This document shows, one piece after another, positions 1 through 8,081 of a DNA stretch of 12,686 nucleotides. The notes below the pieces were generated by a model, which had not been told where the DNA came from, did no database searches, and saw nothing but the letters and a program-made list of their open reading frames with translations. Numbering within the stretch: position 1 is the stretch's first letter; every line of letters starts with the position of its first letter. Source of the DNA: a virus; UHGV virus genome UHGV-0143361, one strand, 5' to 3'. The position numbers were made by a program, and so were the translations under genes.

Positions 1-53
1 CCGGGGTCCGGCAGAATGTAGGTTGCGCTGGTCTGCGCCTGACGAATTTTCAT
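1..53 (-). CDS. Partial CDS, 5' end of the next phage head-morphogenesis gene (runs off the window)
   Basis: ATG at 51-53 on the minus strand overlaps the connector stop (ATGA coupling); frame reads MKIRQAQTSATYILPDP and stays open to the window edge. Function is inferred only from HK97-like gene order. Confidence 0.3.
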   Translation of the reverse strand, partial: MKIRQAQTSATYILPDP

Positions 54-373
54 AGTGGTATAAGGCGATAAGGAACAACCAACCAGTTAAAACTCATTGG
101 CAACTCCATTTTCTCAACGTCTGTAACCGTTGAGCGGTTTTCGTAGAAATGGCTGACAAGTAGCAGAAGCGCCAGCTTCACATCATCAGATATCACAAGC
201 CCATCAGGATCATCCGCAGGCCTGTCATCTGCGGTTGCATACAACTTACGGTTAAGGAAGTTTTCCGTACGACTCTGAGCGGCCTTACCAAGCAGTTCAA
301 GCAACTCATCTTCATCAGAGAAATCATCATCCAGACGGAGCTGAAGCTTAATCTCTTCCATTTTTAACAGCAT
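50..373 (-). CDS. Head-tail connector / DNA-packaging protein (HK97 gp6-like)
   Basis: ORF 50..418 trimmed to the ATG at 371-373, which has an AGGAGG Shine-Dalgarno 4 nt upstream. Product starts MLLKMEEIKLQLRLDDDFSDEDELLELL, acidic and about 108 aa, placed right after the major capsid gene as in HK97-type heads. Confidence 0.75.
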   Translation of the reverse strand: MLLKMEEIKLQLRLDDDFSDEDELLELLGKAAQSRTENFLNRKLYATADDRPADDPDGLVISDDVKLALLLLVSHFYENRSTVTDVEKMELPMSFNWLVVPYRLIPL

Positions 374-383
374 AAAACCTCCT

Positions 384-425
384 GTGCCCGCCAGAACGCG
401 GGCACAAAAAAACCGCATTACGCGG
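384..425 (-). promoter_or_regulatory. Structured intergenic region between capsid and connector genes: weak hairpin plus U7, then a perfect 8-bp hairpin
   Basis: Plus-strand GTGCCCGC-cagaac-GCGGGCAC at 384-405 is a perfect 8-bp stem with a 6-nt loop. On the minus-strand RNA a 4-bp CCGC/GCGG hairpin (413-425) is followed by seven U (406-412), then the strong hairpin, then the SD. Likely attenuator or mRNA-processing site after the highly expressed capsid gene. Confidence 0.4.
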
Positions 426-451
426 CGTGCTGTATTACGTAAAAAGACTAA

Positions 452-1681
452 TCAACCACCAACGCTACCTTTCCCCACCAGCGCTTTAATGGCAGAGGTG
501 TCTTCCAGGATACAGTCAAAACGATGGAAGGCCAGAAAACCGGTCTGATCATATTCCGCGTAACGCTCAACCAGACGTTTAAGAATCATGTATCGCACAC
601 GACGGATAATGAAGCGATCAAAGTCACCACAGAACATGAATTTTTTACCCGCCCCGATATCATCAATTTCCTGATCAATGACATACGGTACATTCAACAC
701 TGAAGCAGGTGCCACACCAACAATATCCGGCAACCATAAAGGGCGTCCCTGACCGTCTTCCATCTCACTGATCAGTTTCAGCGTATTATCGTTAAACGCC
801 AGGCGGAATTTCGGCCCGCGACGATATGCAGGATCAATGCTGTGTTTCAGAGCCAGAATTTCCTGCCACTTCACCGTATTTGCCGCGGCAGTCTGTGTTG
901 TGCCGGTCACAGATGCGACCAGCCCTTTGGGTTGTTTAGGCGTACCAGCACCAGTTCCCTGAATCAGATAACGGGCTTCACCACGACCAATACGTTCAGC
1001 AATACGACGGGCAAGATAAGCTTCCATATCGATCGCGCTGTCCTGCAGCAACTCATTAGACACACGAATGATTTTCGATGTCATTTTGAGCGCCCCAAGA
1101 CTTCCCATACCGAAATCGGTGTCTTCTTCACCGGCTTCTTCATTTTCGCCCAGCAGAACACCAACTTCGGAAGTACCATCAGCTGTTGCCCACTCCATAG
1201 TGCGACCGTCAGAAGTGGTAAGAATCTGCGCCACACTGGCGATGCCACCGTAGGACTTCATCTTCTCAACAACTTTCGCCAGGAATGTTTCTGGTACGGT
1301 ATATCCGCCCTTTTCATCCTGAGCTACGCCCTGGGCACGAAGTTCACGCAACGCCTTTCGTTCTTCTGATGTCAGCTCACTGGCACCGTGACGCATCCAC
1401 TTATCAAAAACCTGAGCTCGTTTCTCATCCTGTTGCGGATTGTTTTCCGGATCAAGATTCTGACGCTGCTCTTCCTCATTGCTTTCAATGTACGCCTGAT
1501 CCTGACGACGCAGTTCTTCTTCGCGTGCAATTCGTTCATCAAGCGCTTCCAGTTCGGATTTTGCTTTGTTCCACTCAGTGCGCTGCTCTTCCGTCCATGC
1601 GTTATCACCAATTTTTTCATTCAGGGCACGCATGTCAGTTGCGATAGTATTACGTTTCTGTTTCAGTTCATGCAGTTTCAT
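452..1681 (-). CDS. Major capsid protein, HK97 family, with N-terminal delta (scaffold) domain
   Basis: 409 aa; N-terminal 100+ residues are a charged coiled-coil (EELRRQDQAYIESNEEEQRQ...) followed by a capsid-like body. ATG at 1679-1681 has an AGGAAA SD. Sits directly after the prohead protease with no separate scaffold gene, the HK97 arrangement. Confidence 0.92.
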   Translation of the reverse strand: MKLHELKQKRNTIATDMRALNEKIGDNAWTEEQRTEWNKAKSELEALDERIAREEELRRQDQAYIESNEEEQRQNLDPENNPQQDEKRAQVFDKWMRHGASELTSEERKALRELRAQGVAQDEKGGYTVPETFLAKVVEKMKSYGGIASVAQILTTSDGRTMEWATADGTSEVGVLLGENEEAGEEDTDFGMGSLGALKMTSKIIRVSNELLQDSAIDMEAYLARRIAERIGRGEARYLIQGTGAGTPKQPKGLVASVTGTTQTAAANTVKWQEILALKHSIDPAYRRGPKFRLAFNDNTLKLISEMEDGQGRPLWLPDIVGVAPASVLNVPYVIDQEIDDIGAGKKFMFCGDFDRFIIRRVRYMILKRLVERYAEYDQTGFLAFHRFDCILEDTSAIKALVGKGSVGG

Positions 1682-1691
1682 GATGTTTCCT

Positions 1692-2294
1692 TTACGCGTT
1701 AAGAAGGGTCAGGACGCGCTCACGCGCCATACGTTGATTAATGGCTTTCTGTAGCGCGCCGCTGTTGCGCGCCTCCTGCCATGCTTTCATGGAGCGAACA
1801 GCCGAGTCAGCCTCCTGATAGGCAGGATATGTCACAGGACTGACATCCAGCAGACGGGAAAAGCGGGTTATCTCGCGAATAACAACCCCGTCCTCATCCT
1901 GATACCACTCCTCGCCGTCACGGGCGACACGGAAAGCAAAAGATGACTGGTTAATATCTCCACGTTGCATCGGGGCCAGCACCAGATCACGAATGGTCTG
2001 TGTCTCCGGAGCCTGGATGTCATAGCGCAATCCGCGCTCATCAACTGAAAGATTCAGCGTGCCTGCTGCACTACGCCCAAGAATAAAATTAGGATCGTGG
2101 TTAAACAGTGCGCGTACATCATCACCAAGCACATCGTCAAAAGCGCCGGGCCGGATGATTTCGCGGAATGAACCAAATATCAGCTCAGAACGACAGTCAA
2201 ACACCGATCCATAACCGATAATGTGCGCAGGGTTATCGTCATGCCGCTCAGCACGCACCTCACCGCTGTAACAACGGATTTCACGGTCATTCAT
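1692..2294 (-). CDS. Prohead maturation protease, HK97 family (S78 peptidase)
   Basis: ORF 1692..2351 trimmed to the ATG at 2292-2294 (MNDREIRCY...), which has a GAGGGA SD 7 nt upstream and overlaps the portal stop. Alternative starts exist at 2309 and 2351. Position between portal and capsid, about 200 aa, with protease-like HIIGYGSVFD and SSFAF segments. Confidence 0.85.
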   Translation of the reverse strand: MNDREIRCYSGEVRAERHDDNPAHIIGYGSVFDCRSELIFGSFREIIRPGAFDDVLGDDVRALFNHDPNFILGRSAAGTLNLSVDERGLRYDIQAPETQTIRDLVLAPMQRGDINQSSFAFRVARDGEEWYQDEDGVVIREITRFSRLLDVSPVTYPAYQEADSAVRSMKAWQEARNSGALQKAINQRMARERVLTLLNA

Positions 2295-3513
2295 TGGTTT
2301 TTCCCTCATCTTTTTTTGGGGGCTTAAAATCTCCTGCCGGGTTAGCAGCATTCACGCTTACCAGCATCTCATCCAGCCCTTCAACCGGATTCATATCCTC
2401 GAATGCGCGGGCCTCATTACGGCTCATCCATCCATCGGTAATAGCGAAGTGATAGAATTGCGCGCGCTCCTGCGGAGTTCCGCGTAAAAGCCCCGTCAGA
2501 TTGAACCTGACGTAATACCCGGCGGCTAACTCAGCGCGGGTAAACAAGCGACGGTTAAGCTCCTGCTCCCAGTTCGTCACCCACGGCATCATCGTGTAGC
2601 GGACAAACTGAATCGCCTGCGCAGAAATATTGGAGAAGGTGGCTTTTTCGAGGTCATTAATCATGTGCGCAGGAATATTGAAAATACCGGCAATCATTGA
2701 ACGGTTCAGTTTCATCATGTCAATGATCTGAGCGTCAACTGGCGACACAGTCAGTGCCTTGTAATCCAGATCGGCTGGCAGCAGCATGGTTTTGTTTTCC
2801 TGGCTGCGTAACGCCTGCGATGCCTTCTGCCACTGATCTTTAAGCCAGCCCCAGCTGTCCTTATTGAGTCCGCTTTTAACGGATACTATCCCCGCCGGAC
2901 GGGCATTACCGCTGAAGAAGCTTTCTGTGTATTTCTGACCGCTCATCCCCATGCCTATTGTTTCGGCATGTTGCATAATCGGACTCAGCCCCATCTTCTG
3001 ATTATTACCCAGCGCACGGATGTGGATCATATCGTCGGGGCTGATCGCAAACGCCCCATATTCGTTGTACAAACCGTAGGTGTATCGGCCACCAGTATTC
3101 ATCAGCGTCGTTTCCCACGGCATACAGCAATCCAGGGATATGACTTCACCGCGACGATTACGTTTCACCCAGGTATACCCATTCCCCCAGCCAAGGATGT
3201 GACGTTGCTTCAGTTCGCGCCATTTGTAACTGGTTTGCCAGGTATTGGGCTCATCATGAACCAGATAAAACGCCGGATGATCGCGTGCGGGCTCAACCTT
3301 CCCATTGTGCCTGCGCATAACATGCAACGGCATCTGGGCAAGGCTGGAAGACAGGACATAGATACAGGAATACACCGCAGCCAGTTTCATCGCAGTTTCA
3401 GGACTGACATAAACGTCTGCCCGGAACAGCCCATCAGTATCAACGGCATCCCCGGTTATCGGGGTGGAAGGATTCTCCAGTGATTTACTTCTGAACAGAG
3501 CATCAAGCAGCAC
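2287..3513 (-). CDS. Portal protein, HK97 family
   Basis: 408 aa between terminase large subunit and protease. The start as given in the ORF track is a GTG at 3511-3513; the exact start is uncertain. Confidence 0.9.
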   Translation of the reverse strand: MLLDALFRSKSLENPSTPITGDAVDTDGLFRADVYVSPETAMKLAAVYSCIYVLSSSLAQMPLHVMRRHNGKVEPARDHPAFYLVHDEPNTWQTSYKWRELKQRHILGWGNGYTWVKRNRRGEVISLDCCMPWETTLMNTGGRYTYGLYNEYGAFAISPDDMIHIRALGNNQKMGLSPIMQHAETIGMGMSGQKYTESFFSGNARPAGIVSVKSGLNKDSWGWLKDQWQKASQALRSQENKTMLLPADLDYKALTVSPVDAQIIDMMKLNRSMIAGIFNIPAHMINDLEKATFSNISAQAIQFVRYTMMPWVTNWEQELNRRLFTRAELAAGYYVRFNLTGLLRGTPQERAQFYHFAITDGWMSRNEARAFEDMNPVEGLDEMLVSVNAANPAGDFKPPKKDEGKTNE

Positions 3514-3664
3514 GCGTCCCCCTTCTGGCCATAGCCAGTGCGCCCACCAGCAGTAAACCGCCGGACAGCATCAGAGCCGGAGCCATACCAAACTGCAGGT
3601 AAAACCCGCACGTAAGCAGGCCAAAACCAGCCAACCCGATAACATCAGCAATTAGTGATTTCAT
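3503..3664 (-). CDS. Small hydrophobic ORF (53 aa), putative membrane peptide between terL and portal
   Basis: My own translation: [53 protein letters not shown]. Its ATG (3662-3664) overlaps the terL stop (3661-3663) as ATGA, and its 3' end overlaps the portal GTG start. It is missing from the ORF track only because it is under 60 aa. Confidence 0.3.
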   Translation of the reverse strand: MKSLIADVIGLAGFGLLTCGFYLQFGMAPALMLSGGLLLVGALAMARRGTRAA

Positions 3665-5394
3665 AGAATTAAGAGAACATCGTCCGGATCAAGAGATGAG
3701 AGGAAATCGTCGGGTTCTTTGAGCATTGCCCGACCGATCGCCATAATCAGTGCAACCGCACCATCGATTTTGTTTTCCGCCTGCTCCTTGACAGGCTTCA
3801 CCACATCATCGTTACCCGGAATGGTTTTGCCGACCACGTTGCCGATACACCAGGTCATGATGGGATTGCCATCATGATGAAAGCGCCCCGATTCAATTGC
3901 CGCTTCCAGCTCTTTCATCGGGTCGGACATGTTGGTGTAGTTCTGAATGATGGTGATGGGGTTCAGGTCTTCATCAGCAAGGTCATGCGACAGCCCGGTC
4001 GCCCCGAAGGGGTCGATGGGTGACTCACTGACCGGGCTGATTTTGTTCGCCGCTTTGGCCTCCTCGAGGATGTAGCGATAATCCACCTCCGCACCAGCGG
4101 TAACAGTCAGAACGCCCATTTCCACCCATTTCTGAAAGCGTTCGGCTGTCCGGCGATCTTCATTTTTCTCGACGCTGTACACCGTGTCATACGGTACCCA
4201 GAAACGCGGGGCCACACTGTAGTAATGCGTTTTACCGTCAATCTCGCGGGTATAAAGTCGCGCCATGCTGTTCATATCCAGCTTACGCGCCAGGTCAAAG
4301 GCCAGAATGCACGGCTGCCCCTCGAACTGCTCAAGGGTCAGTGATTTATCCTCGCAGCTCTGCCAGCTCACCAGGTTGAAATACGCCGAACGCGCCGACA
4401 CCCAGATATTGAGGTGTTTTGTTTTAAAGACGTTTGCCAGACGGGCGTTATTTTTCGCACGCTGTTGCTGACTTAACAAAAACTCACGGTAAACCGACAC
4501 CCCGATATTCGGGTTGGCTTTTTCCAGCACCTGTGGGTTGGTCCAGTCGTCACCTTCGTCAACGGTATAGATGATCCCGAACAGTTCATCGTTGGGTACC
4601 GAACCGTTGAGCATCTCGATAACTTCCCGCCGCTTGTCGTAGCACGGCCCCTCAATGTTGTACCCGGCGGTGGTGATGGCCCACATCAGTGGCTGACGTC
4701 GCGCCCCCATCCCGGTAAGCATCGTGGTATAAAGCGCATCGGTGGCGTGCTCGTGATATTCATCCACCACCGCACAGTGGGGTGATGATCCATCACCGGG
4801 GTTACCGATCAGCGGTTCAAACCGCGCGCCATCCTCCGGACGGTTCATGTTTGAGGCGTTAACCTCAATCCCGAACGCTTCCGTCAGCATGGGTGTGCGT
4901 TTACACATCAGTCGCGCCGGGCGAAAGACTTCCCACGCCTGTTTCTCTGTCGTGGCACCGGAATACACTTCCGCGCCAAACTCGTTATCACAGGCAAAAC
5001 AATACAGGGCGACACCGGCAGAGATTGCCGATTTGCCGTTCTTACGGGGGATTTCGGTATACACCTCCCGGAAGCGGCGCAGCCGGGTACCTTTATTGAC
5101 CCAGCCAAACGCACAGCAGATCACAAAGAGCTGCCACGGCTCCAGCGTGATGGGCATCCGTTTGAATGCCCACTCACCCTTGGTATGCGGCAACAGCTGA
5201 ATAAATTTGGCGGCCCGTTCAGCCAGGTCCTTGTCGAAGCGGTAACGAAACGACTTACTTTTTTCCGCCATCAGGTCATCAAGATGGCGCTGGCAGGCCT
5301 GAATCACAAACTGGCAGGCCACAATCTTTCCCCGCACGACATCACGGGCATACTGATTGGCAGCATTTACGTTGGGGTAAGATTTCCGGCTCAT
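3661..5394 (-). CDS. terL: Terminase large subunit
   Basis: 577 aa with ATG at 5392-5394, lying between terS and portal. Family recognised from the overall sequence (ATPase-like N-terminal half, nuclease-like C-terminal half). Confidence 0.93.
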   Translation of the reverse strand: MSRKSYPNVNAANQYARDVVRGKIVACQFVIQACQRHLDDLMAEKSKSFRYRFDKDLAERAAKFIQLLPHTKGEWAFKRMPITLEPWQLFVICCAFGWVNKGTRLRRFREVYTEIPRKNGKSAISAGVALYCFACDNEFGAEVYSGATTEKQAWEVFRPARLMCKRTPMLTEAFGIEVNASNMNRPEDGARFEPLIGNPGDGSSPHCAVVDEYHEHATDALYTTMLTGMGARRQPLMWAITTAGYNIEGPCYDKRREVIEMLNGSVPNDELFGIIYTVDEGDDWTNPQVLEKANPNIGVSVYREFLLSQQQRAKNNARLANVFKTKHLNIWVSARSAYFNLVSWQSCEDKSLTLEQFEGQPCILAFDLARKLDMNSMARLYTREIDGKTHYYSVAPRFWVPYDTVYSVEKNEDRRTAERFQKWVEMGVLTVTAGAEVDYRYILEEAKAANKISPVSESPIDPFGATGLSHDLADEDLNPITIIQNYTNMSDPMKELEAAIESGRFHHDGNPIMTWCIGNVVGKTIPGNDDVVKPVKEQAENKIDGAVALIMAIGRAMLKEPDDFLSSLDPDDVLLIL

Positions 5395-5407
5395 GATTCG
5401 ATGATTT

Positions 5408-5893
5408 TCAGATTGTCAGAAACGGGTTAGTGGCTTTCTTCTTCCCCGCCAGGCCAATCAGACGCTGGCGGCTGCTGGGGTCGAGTCCGAGCATTGCCCC
5501 CGTGCTGCTCATCTCGGACTCCTGTTCTTTTTTGGCGGTCAGCTCCGGATTTTTGACCATGCCGCCCATTGCACCGGTGATGGTGTTGCCCTGTCTGGCA
5601 ATATTTTTCACGGCACGTCGCCAGAATTCATAGGCCACACACCACCGCTCAAGTACCGCCAGGTCAGTCACGCACAGCAGGCCCTGACCGCAGAGTTCTT
5701 TGGTTGTCAGTTGCCACATGATCGTGGCGAGAGGGAGATCTTCTTCTGCGAACCACTCCGGTGGCTCAACACCTTTGATGGGCGTAAAAACAGGTTCATC
5801 TTTATTCAGGGCTCGCTTGCCGGGGTTTCCGGCCAGCGCCTTGCGCGCCGTTGGCTTGGGGCGACGCCCGGAACGCCCCGCCGTTCCAGCCAT
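5408..5893 (-). CDS. terS: Terminase small subunit, P27 family
   Basis: ORF 5408..5902 trimmed to the ATG at 5891-5893 ([14 protein letters not shown]...), with AGGAG 8 nt upstream; the track's GTG start overlaps that SD. Carries the GNPGKR motif typical of P27-family small terminases and sits immediately upstream of terL. Confidence 0.85.
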   Translation of the reverse strand: MAGTAGRSGRRPKPTARKALAGNPGKRALNKDEPVFTPIKGVEPPEWFAEEDLPLATIMWQLTTKELCGQGLLCVTDLAVLERWCVAYEFWRRAVKNIARQGNTITGAMGGMVKNPELTAKKEQESEMSSTGAMLGLDPSSRQRLIGLAGKKKATNPFLTI

Positions 5894-5902
5894 ATGCGGC
5901 AC

Positions 5903-6018
5903 TCCTGGTTAAATTTCATTTTTCGCGGGTATAAAAAAACGATGGGGCGGGCAGTCCGGAAGACGTCAGGTCACAGGGATTTGACCCGCCCCTCCCCTCA
6001 GACAGTTGAGAATTATTA
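5903..6018 (-). other. Candidate cos / packaging-recognition region with terminator-like structure
   Basis: A 116-bp non-coding gap between HNH and terS. GGGGCGGG (5944-5951) and CCCGCCCC (5986-5993) form an 8-bp GC inverted repeat, with a nested GGTCA/TGACC pair and the palindromes GACGTC and TCCGGA inside, followed on the minus strand by seven U (5933-5939). In HK97-like phages cos lies between the HNH gene and terS. Confidence 0.35.
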
Positions 6019-6369
6019 TCACTTTAACCGTTCACGGGCCGTCTTCGCCTTATGACACGGCCAGCACAGACTCTGCAGATTACTGTCGGCATCAGTGCCG
6101 CCATGCGCTTTAGGAACGATGTGGTCAACGGTTTTCGCCTCACGCACCACACCAGCATGCAGACATGACTGACATAAACCTTTGTCACGCTTCAGGACGC
6201 GCTCGCGGATACCGTCCCACTTCGAACCATAACCGCGCTGATGACGGGACTGGCCCGGCTTGTATTGCTTCCAGCCTTCGCCTTTGTGGCTTTCGCAATA
6301 GCCTGACGGGTCTGTGGTTGTAGAGCGGCAGCCGCGAACACGGCAGGCTTTTGGGATTCGTGGTGGCAT
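6019..6369 (-). CDS. HNH endonuclease, packaging-associated
   Basis: ORF 6019..6432 trimmed to the ATG at 6367-6369 (MPPRIPKACRVRGC...), with an AAGAGGA SD upstream. Has CxxC and CxxH zinc-binding pairs and a DHIVPKAHGG...N...LCWPCH HNH motif. Location directly upstream of cos-terS matches the HK97-type HNH that assists terminase. Confidence 0.85.
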   Translation of the reverse strand: MPPRIPKACRVRGCRSTTTDPSGYCESHKGEGWKQYKPGQSRHQRGYGSKWDGIRERVLKRDKGLCQSCLHAGVVREAKTVDHIVPKAHGGTDADSNLQSLCWPCHKAKTARERLK

Positions 6370-6519
6370 TGCATAATCCTCTTGGATGGTTCGCGTGCGA
6401 TACGTGGCATCCTTCTCAGAATCGAATCGCACTCCACTCCGGTTTTGCCATAAACGATCTTTTATGCTTCGCTGGATGTAGTTGATAGTTGTTGAAACTC
6501 AATGAACAGGAGTTCACAA

Positions 6520-6855
6520 ATGAATAGTTATGAATGGGAATGGCTTTTAAACAAAGATGACACCCTATGCTTTTTCCCCGTAGGCCATTCTGTAGAAGGT
6601 AATTACAAAATTCACTTTGAGTTGAGCGGTAGTTGTAACCTTAGAGTCTCAGATGCTGAATGGCATGGTAAACCTGTACTGCTGTTCGAATACTTCGATG
6701 AAGATGATGACCGCCCTGCAATAATCGAAATATTAGAAACAACTACTACAACTGTGGAGGCGATGATCGGGCATCTGAATAGTATCGATAGTATTTACCA
6801 TGAACCGATTTACAAAGCGGTTTACGAGTGGGCCGTAAAGTTTTTCTATCGATGA
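6520..6855 (+). CDS. Hypothetical protein, about 111 aa, acidic (cargo gene 1)
   Basis: ORF 6502..6855 trimmed to the ATG at 6520, which has AGGAG 7 nt upstream. Plus strand, opposite to the phage operons, and visibly AT-rich. Contains an acidic stretch (EYFDEDDDRP) and a TTTT run. No family recognised by eye. Confidence 0.55.
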   Translation: MNSYEWEWLLNKDDTLCFFPVGHSVEGNYKIHFELSGSCNLRVSDAEWHGKPVLLFEYFDEDDDRPAIIEILETTTTTVEAMIGHLNSIDSIYHEPIYKAVYEWAVKFFYR

Positions 6856-6955
6856 TACTTCGTTATCTTGCTGGCATTCACAATACCTTTACATACTAAT
6901 GACATGCCAGCACAATACTGTCACTTACAACCGTTCGGATTACCTAGAGAAAAGT

Positions 6956-7525
6956 ATGATTCAGGATTTACTGATCGAAGCAATTAGTCACGATAGGATG
7001 CATAAAAAGTTAAATGAACTGAATTGCTACTTCTACAATCGCAAACATGAAACTCAAATACGTGATGAGTTAGTTGTTATTCTCAATCAAATCAGCACAC
7101 TAACTGCTTTAAGTGAGCATCCAAAACTCGGTATCGGCGCTGTTGACATATCACTTTATAACCAGTCGATATTAACGTCTGAACATAATGGCAATGTTGC
7201 AACCATCGAGATCAAACACCATTACCCAAAGGATTTACTTTATCGGCAAGTTCAAGAAGACATCATTTCCGATATTTCAAGAGTAATAGTTTCACCAACT
7301 ACACATTTTATCCATATAATCCAGCAAAGAACTATGATTAATACTCCTTCTTTTGGCCAAGTGAAATTCCTTGAACGTGATGCAAGTGATATCAGCACTT
7401 ATGTGCAATGCCTTGAAGAGCTAAGTTCCTTCCCCAGTATCTTTCATAAAAAAAGTATATGTATTGAGGTACTTGGTGAAATTATGTCGACATATACCTT
7501 TAACGTATATTCATTTGACAACTGA
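6956..7525 (+). CDS. Hypothetical protein, about 189 aa, weak PD-(D/E)xK-like pattern (cargo gene 2)
   Basis: ORF 6899..7525; start is either the ATG at 6899 (no SD) or the ATG at 6956 (A/G-rich leader), so the 5' end is uncertain. Co-directional with cargo gene 1 and AT-rich. The pair GAVDIS ... ATIEIKHH gives a D...E-x-K spacing compatible with a PD-(D/E)xK nuclease core; this is inference only. Confidence 0.5.
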   Translation: MIQDLLIEAISHDRMHKKLNELNCYFYNRKHETQIRDELVVILNQISTLTALSEHPKLGIGAVDISLYNQSILTSEHNGNVATIEIKHHYPKDLLYRQVQEDIISDISRVIVSPTTHFIHIIQQRTMINTPSFGQVKFLERDASDISTYVQCLEELSSFPSIFHKKSICIEVLGEIMSTYTFNVYSFDN

Positions 7526-7546
7526 TTAATTTGACAATTTTATTGC

Positions 7547-7804
7547 TTAATGGTTAGTTCTCTCTGCATCTATTTTACGAATATCAGCTTTATCCCGATT
7601 GCAGTTAGCCAGTGCAGACAACAGACTCACATTCAGCTCCAGGCTGGCACCATAAGTCAGAGGATTTGGTATGAACGGTACAGGTGTTTCAGAAGTCAGA
7701 CTAGTCGGTAATGTTGTAGCCGGAGTGCTCACGTAAACTGTCCGCGTACTTCCGCAACCGCTCAGCAGCGGCAGCAGGCACAAGGCGTGCAGCACAACCA
7801 TCAT
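7547..7804 (-). CDS. Rz1: o-spanin (Rz1-like outer-membrane lipoprotein)
   Basis: ORF 7547..7870 trimmed to the MM start at 7804. Signal peptide with lipobox LLSGC followed by a Pro/Thr-rich mature region (PATTLPTSLTSETPVPFIPNPL). Starts in an alternate frame inside Rz and extends 154 nt past the Rz stop. Confidence 0.7.
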   Translation of the reverse strand: MMVVLHALCLLPLLSGCGSTRTVYVSTPATTLPTSLTSETPVPFIPNPLTYGASLELNVSLLSALANCNRDKADIRKIDAERTNH

Positions 7805-8081
7805 CCGCAACAGCCACTTTGATATCTTTCTGGGTTCTCTGTGACTCCAGTGCGATCTGCTGTTTTGCATGCTGGTTAACCTCTATAACTGTATTGACGA
7901 TTTGCAGTGATTGCAGGACGTTACGGGTAATGGCTGTTGCAGATTCAGCATTTTGTACAGCCTCATCAGCACGTTTCTTTTCGTGCTGATATTTGCTGTA
8001 GTAGTGGTTGGCAGACCAGATGAAAGAACCGATGACAGTAAAGAAGAATGCAGCGATAACCAGCTTATAGCTCAACTTCAT
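7701..8081 (-). CDS. Rz: i-spanin (Rz-like)
   Basis: 126 aa with an N-terminal TM anchor (LVIAAFFFTVIGSFIW) and a charged helical periplasmic domain. Its ATG (8079-8081) overlaps the endolysin 3' end, the usual lysis-cassette position. Confidence 0.8.
   Translation of the reverse strand: MKLSYKLVIAAFFFTVIGSFIWSANHYYSKYQHEKKRADEAVQNAESATAITRNVLQSLQIVNTVIEVNQHAKQQIALESQRTQKDIKVAVADDGCAARLVPAAAAERLRKYADSLREHSGYNITD

Noticed and set aside
842-1647. Plus-strand ORFs 842..1369, 1068..1253, 1285..1647 and 1388..1702, and minus-strand ORF 1372..1620, inside the capsid gene
   Set aside because: All are antisense to, or alternate frames of, the confidently assigned major capsid gene; they are low-complexity, Ser/Pro/Cys-rich translations typical of spurious frames.
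2968-3483. Plus-strand ORF of 171 aa inside the portal gene
   Set aside because: Antisense to the portal CDS with no SD and junk-like composition.
4265-5430. Short ORFs on both strands inside terL (4265..4471, 4473..4655, 4847..5200, 4893..5099, 4908..5114, 5185..5430)
   Set aside because: Entirely nested within, or antisense to, the terminase large subunit gene; none has its own translation signals.
5430-6055. Plus-strand ORFs 5430..5633, 5700..5912 and 5711..6055 over terS and the cos gap
   Set aside because: Antisense to terS and running through the structured intergenic region; Arg/Gly/Pro-rich artefacts of GC-rich antisense.
6192-6437. Minus-strand 81-aa ORF in an alternate frame over the HNH gene
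   Set aside because: It overlaps the HNH coding frame, which carries the clear HNH and zinc-finger motifs; the alternate frame has no motif and no SD.
6370-6519. Possible sigma70 promoter for cargo gene 1 (TTGATA at 6482-6487 and nearby)
   Set aside because: No acceptable -10 hexamer at 16-18 bp spacing that would leave the SD in the transcript; not callable by eye.
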